Positions 61,351-64,000 of a stretch of 64,000 nt of DNA are shown one piece after another. A model generated the notes under the pieces. The model was given only the letters and a program-made list of their open reading frames with translations, ran no database searches and had not been told where the DNA came from. A program made the translations under genes and the position numbers. Position 1 is the first letter of the stretch, and every line of letters begins with the position of its first letter. The stretch spans positions 2,190,684 through 2,254,683 of the forward strand of contig NC_068998.1 in NCBI RefSeq assembly GCF_001194135.2, in the 5' to 3' direction. Source of the stretch: Octopus bimaculoides. Lineage: Eukaryota.

Positions 61351-62171
61351 AGCAACAATGAACGAAAGAAACTCAAGAGAAAGTAACTCACTCGTCCGCT
61401 GATAACAATTTTTGAAACATTTTTATCATAAAAAGAAAAAAATATATATAATTTGCAACGGAAGCAGTATCAGTTAAGAAAAGCATTCTGTATATCCTAC
61501 TCAACGAAGAGTTGTCCCCCATTAAAGGTGATGAGTGTCGCGATAATTATCTCCCTTGAATTAATAACCATTTGTTTCAATGTTGACGAGTCATGTGGAA
61601 GATCGCGTTTAACAACAAAATGAGTTTTGTTTCAGGTGAGCTATAATCAACAGCGTTCCAGCCATGGCCGTTTGTCTCTTTGCATACCTAAGATTAAACT
61701 AATGTAATCTCTTATATTTCTAAGTCAATAGGAAATTAAGTTGAGGAAGTTTTAGTTACTATTTCTAGCATGTCCAACGACCATGCAGAGGTTGTTATTC
61801 GCTGTCCCGTAGGGACATGAAGCAGAGGTAAATGCCAGCTCAACGTCGGTCTCACACATCAGACGTTATTTCTATATGATGACAGCCGATAAAAATATGG
61901 ACTGATTGGTTGATCTCACACTTTACATTGTATAGAGAGAAGGAAAGAGAGAGAGAGAGAGGAGGGGGAGGAGAAAGAGAAAGGGGGAAGAGAGTTAATA
62001 TAAGAAGATAACGTCAACAGACCATTGAAGTCGACAAGAGTGGTAAGTTGATGGTGAAGATGATAAAAGTTATATAGTCGATGGATGCCAAATACACATC
62101 ACACACACATGCGTGCATGTATACAAATAACAAATTTGTTTTAGTTAATCTTTTCGAAAATTAGTATTCAT

Positions 62172-62464
62172 TTCAAAGTCGACCTCGGAGGAATTTGAAC
62201 TCAGAGCATAAAGACAGGCGAAATACCGTTAAGCATTTCGCCCGACGTGCTAACGTTTCTTATTTCTTTACTGCCCGCAAGGGGCTACACACAGAGGGGA
62301 CAAACAAGGACAGACAAAGGAAAAGGGATTAAGTCGATTATATCGACCTCAGTGCGTAACTGGTACTTATTTAATCGACCCCGAAAGGATGAAAGGCAAA
62401 GTCGACCTCGGCGGAATTTAAACTTAGAATGTAACGGCAGACGAAATACCGCTAAGCATTTCGC
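62172..62464 (-). mobile_element. Head-to-tail dimer of CpG-intact family B copies
   Basis: One copy 62464->62261 is joined directly to a second head 62260->62172; both contain gtcgacctcgg.ggaattt. Confidence 0.85.
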
Positions 62465-63130
62465 AAAATTTTTATTTACCACAAGGGGACAACAAAGAGG
62501 GGATAGTACAATCTGATATGGGGTCAGATTTCACGTATGAGTTAACAAAAAGATGAATTAAAAAATTTTACATAAATATGAATAGTTCGAATGATGACAT
62601 ATACAAGACAGCAATGCGGAATGAAGTGGGGAGGCGGGATATGCTCGGACCCCACGAGCCCCGTCTCATCACTGATGCGTCGGGTTCTTCCTGCGTTGTA
62701 TTCATGCAGTTCCATCCACACGCAACATTTATGCGACATTCTTTCATCGATCTTGGAAAATTTTCGCGGACAGGTATTTTTTCTCTAACACTATTTTCCT
62801 TCTTAGGTGGACGGTGAAGAAATTCGCCAAGCCAGGACCAGAGATAAAGATGCCTGTTATTAACCCTTTCATTCGCGTCTTCCAAATCACCTCTGTCGCA
62901 ATTGCTACTACGATGTATCTATATACATGTTATATACATGTATTTATATACATGTGTATATATATATATATATNNNNNNNNNNNNNNNNNNNNNNNNNNN
63001 NNNNNNNNNNNNNNNNNNNNNNNNNNNNNNNNNNNNNNNNNNNNNNNNNNNNNNNNNNNNNNNNNNNNNNNNNNNAAAATGACAGTTAAAACAAAGGGTA
63101 GCCATGATAAAACTCGGAGCTTTATCATGG

Positions 63131-63166
<36 letters not shown>

Positions 63167-64000
63167 TTATTTATTTATTTATTTAATTATTTGTCGCGTG
63201 TCTGCAGCTCACAGCAGTGTATATATGTATATATTCAAGGTTATTACGAATTCAAATATACTTGGGGCATATTCGAACACTTGACAAAACCATTCTGTTT
63301 CTATAATATGCGGCAACAGTTCCAATACATTCTCACGACAAACAAACCAGACGAAATACAGCAAATAAAAGAAATAAAGCCACACCGACAATCTTAATAG
63401 AAAAAAACGATATTTAGATAAAAGAAAGGAAATTATACATTGCGATAAAATAATCCGTATTTTCGCAAATACGCATGAAATGAGTAATTGTCACGGATTG
63501 TAAAATCTCTTTTATCAAAAATCAACGTACGTATGTTACTCGGTGCTAAGCCACATGCTAAGTATATGATACGGCAGAAATAATAATAACTGTCACGCAA
63601 ATATGTAAAAAATATTGAACAAACAATCATATAAACCACACCTCGGGAAGTCGTGAGGGCTTAACAAAGAACACAAGCACTGCTTTATCTACAACAAAAG
63701 AGCCTAAAGGAGGTCTGTTCGATATTTCAATGAATTTATTAAATTGTTTGGAACCCGTCAACAAAATAATTTGATTAAACTGTATCGGTGTATTGGATGG
63801 ATATGTGTGTATGTATGTATGTATGTAAAATTGTAGAGTTATATATATACGTATATGAGTTATATACACATGTATATATAATGTATGCACAAATAGAAGT
63901 ATAAGTATGCATGTATATATATGTATATGGGATAAGAAGCTTGGTCGAATCCGGTTGAATCTGGTCCAGTACAATATTTGGCTTCTCGGAACTATGCAGC

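Overview
AT-rich, repeat-dense eukaryotic genomic DNA with assembly gaps. The SINE, MITE and microsatellite content suggests a cephalopod, probably Octopus (inference). One protein-coding gene can be reconstructed by hand on the + strand: a tandem-PH-domain adaptor of the TAPP1/TAPP2 (PLEKHA1/PLEKHA2) family. It has 11 GT-AG coding exons from 23043 to 47146, gives 310 aa, and all exon phases join. Nearly all entries in the supplied ORF track are microsatellite, SINE or N-gap artefacts. The rest of the window holds three abundant SINE-like families, two decayed mariner transposase copies, mariner- and piggyBac-type MITEs, a 274-bp foldback element, an R4/Dong-like retroposon 3' fragment, Helitron/Helentron-like pieces, a decayed 5S rRNA copy and many simple repeats. 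The most interesting observations are four: a sequence with exact type I hammerhead ribozyme topology but a decayed core (51394-51469, - strand); a candidate 28-nt micro-exon that may give TAPP a second C-terminus (55745-55772); several inverted-repeat pairs inside the pre-mRNA that are candidate dsRNA/ADAR substrates; and a shift from CpG-depleted to CpG-retaining DNA near 60.8 kb. I found no clearly new multi-gene system. Repeat boundaries are approximate and family names are descriptive, since no database search was run.
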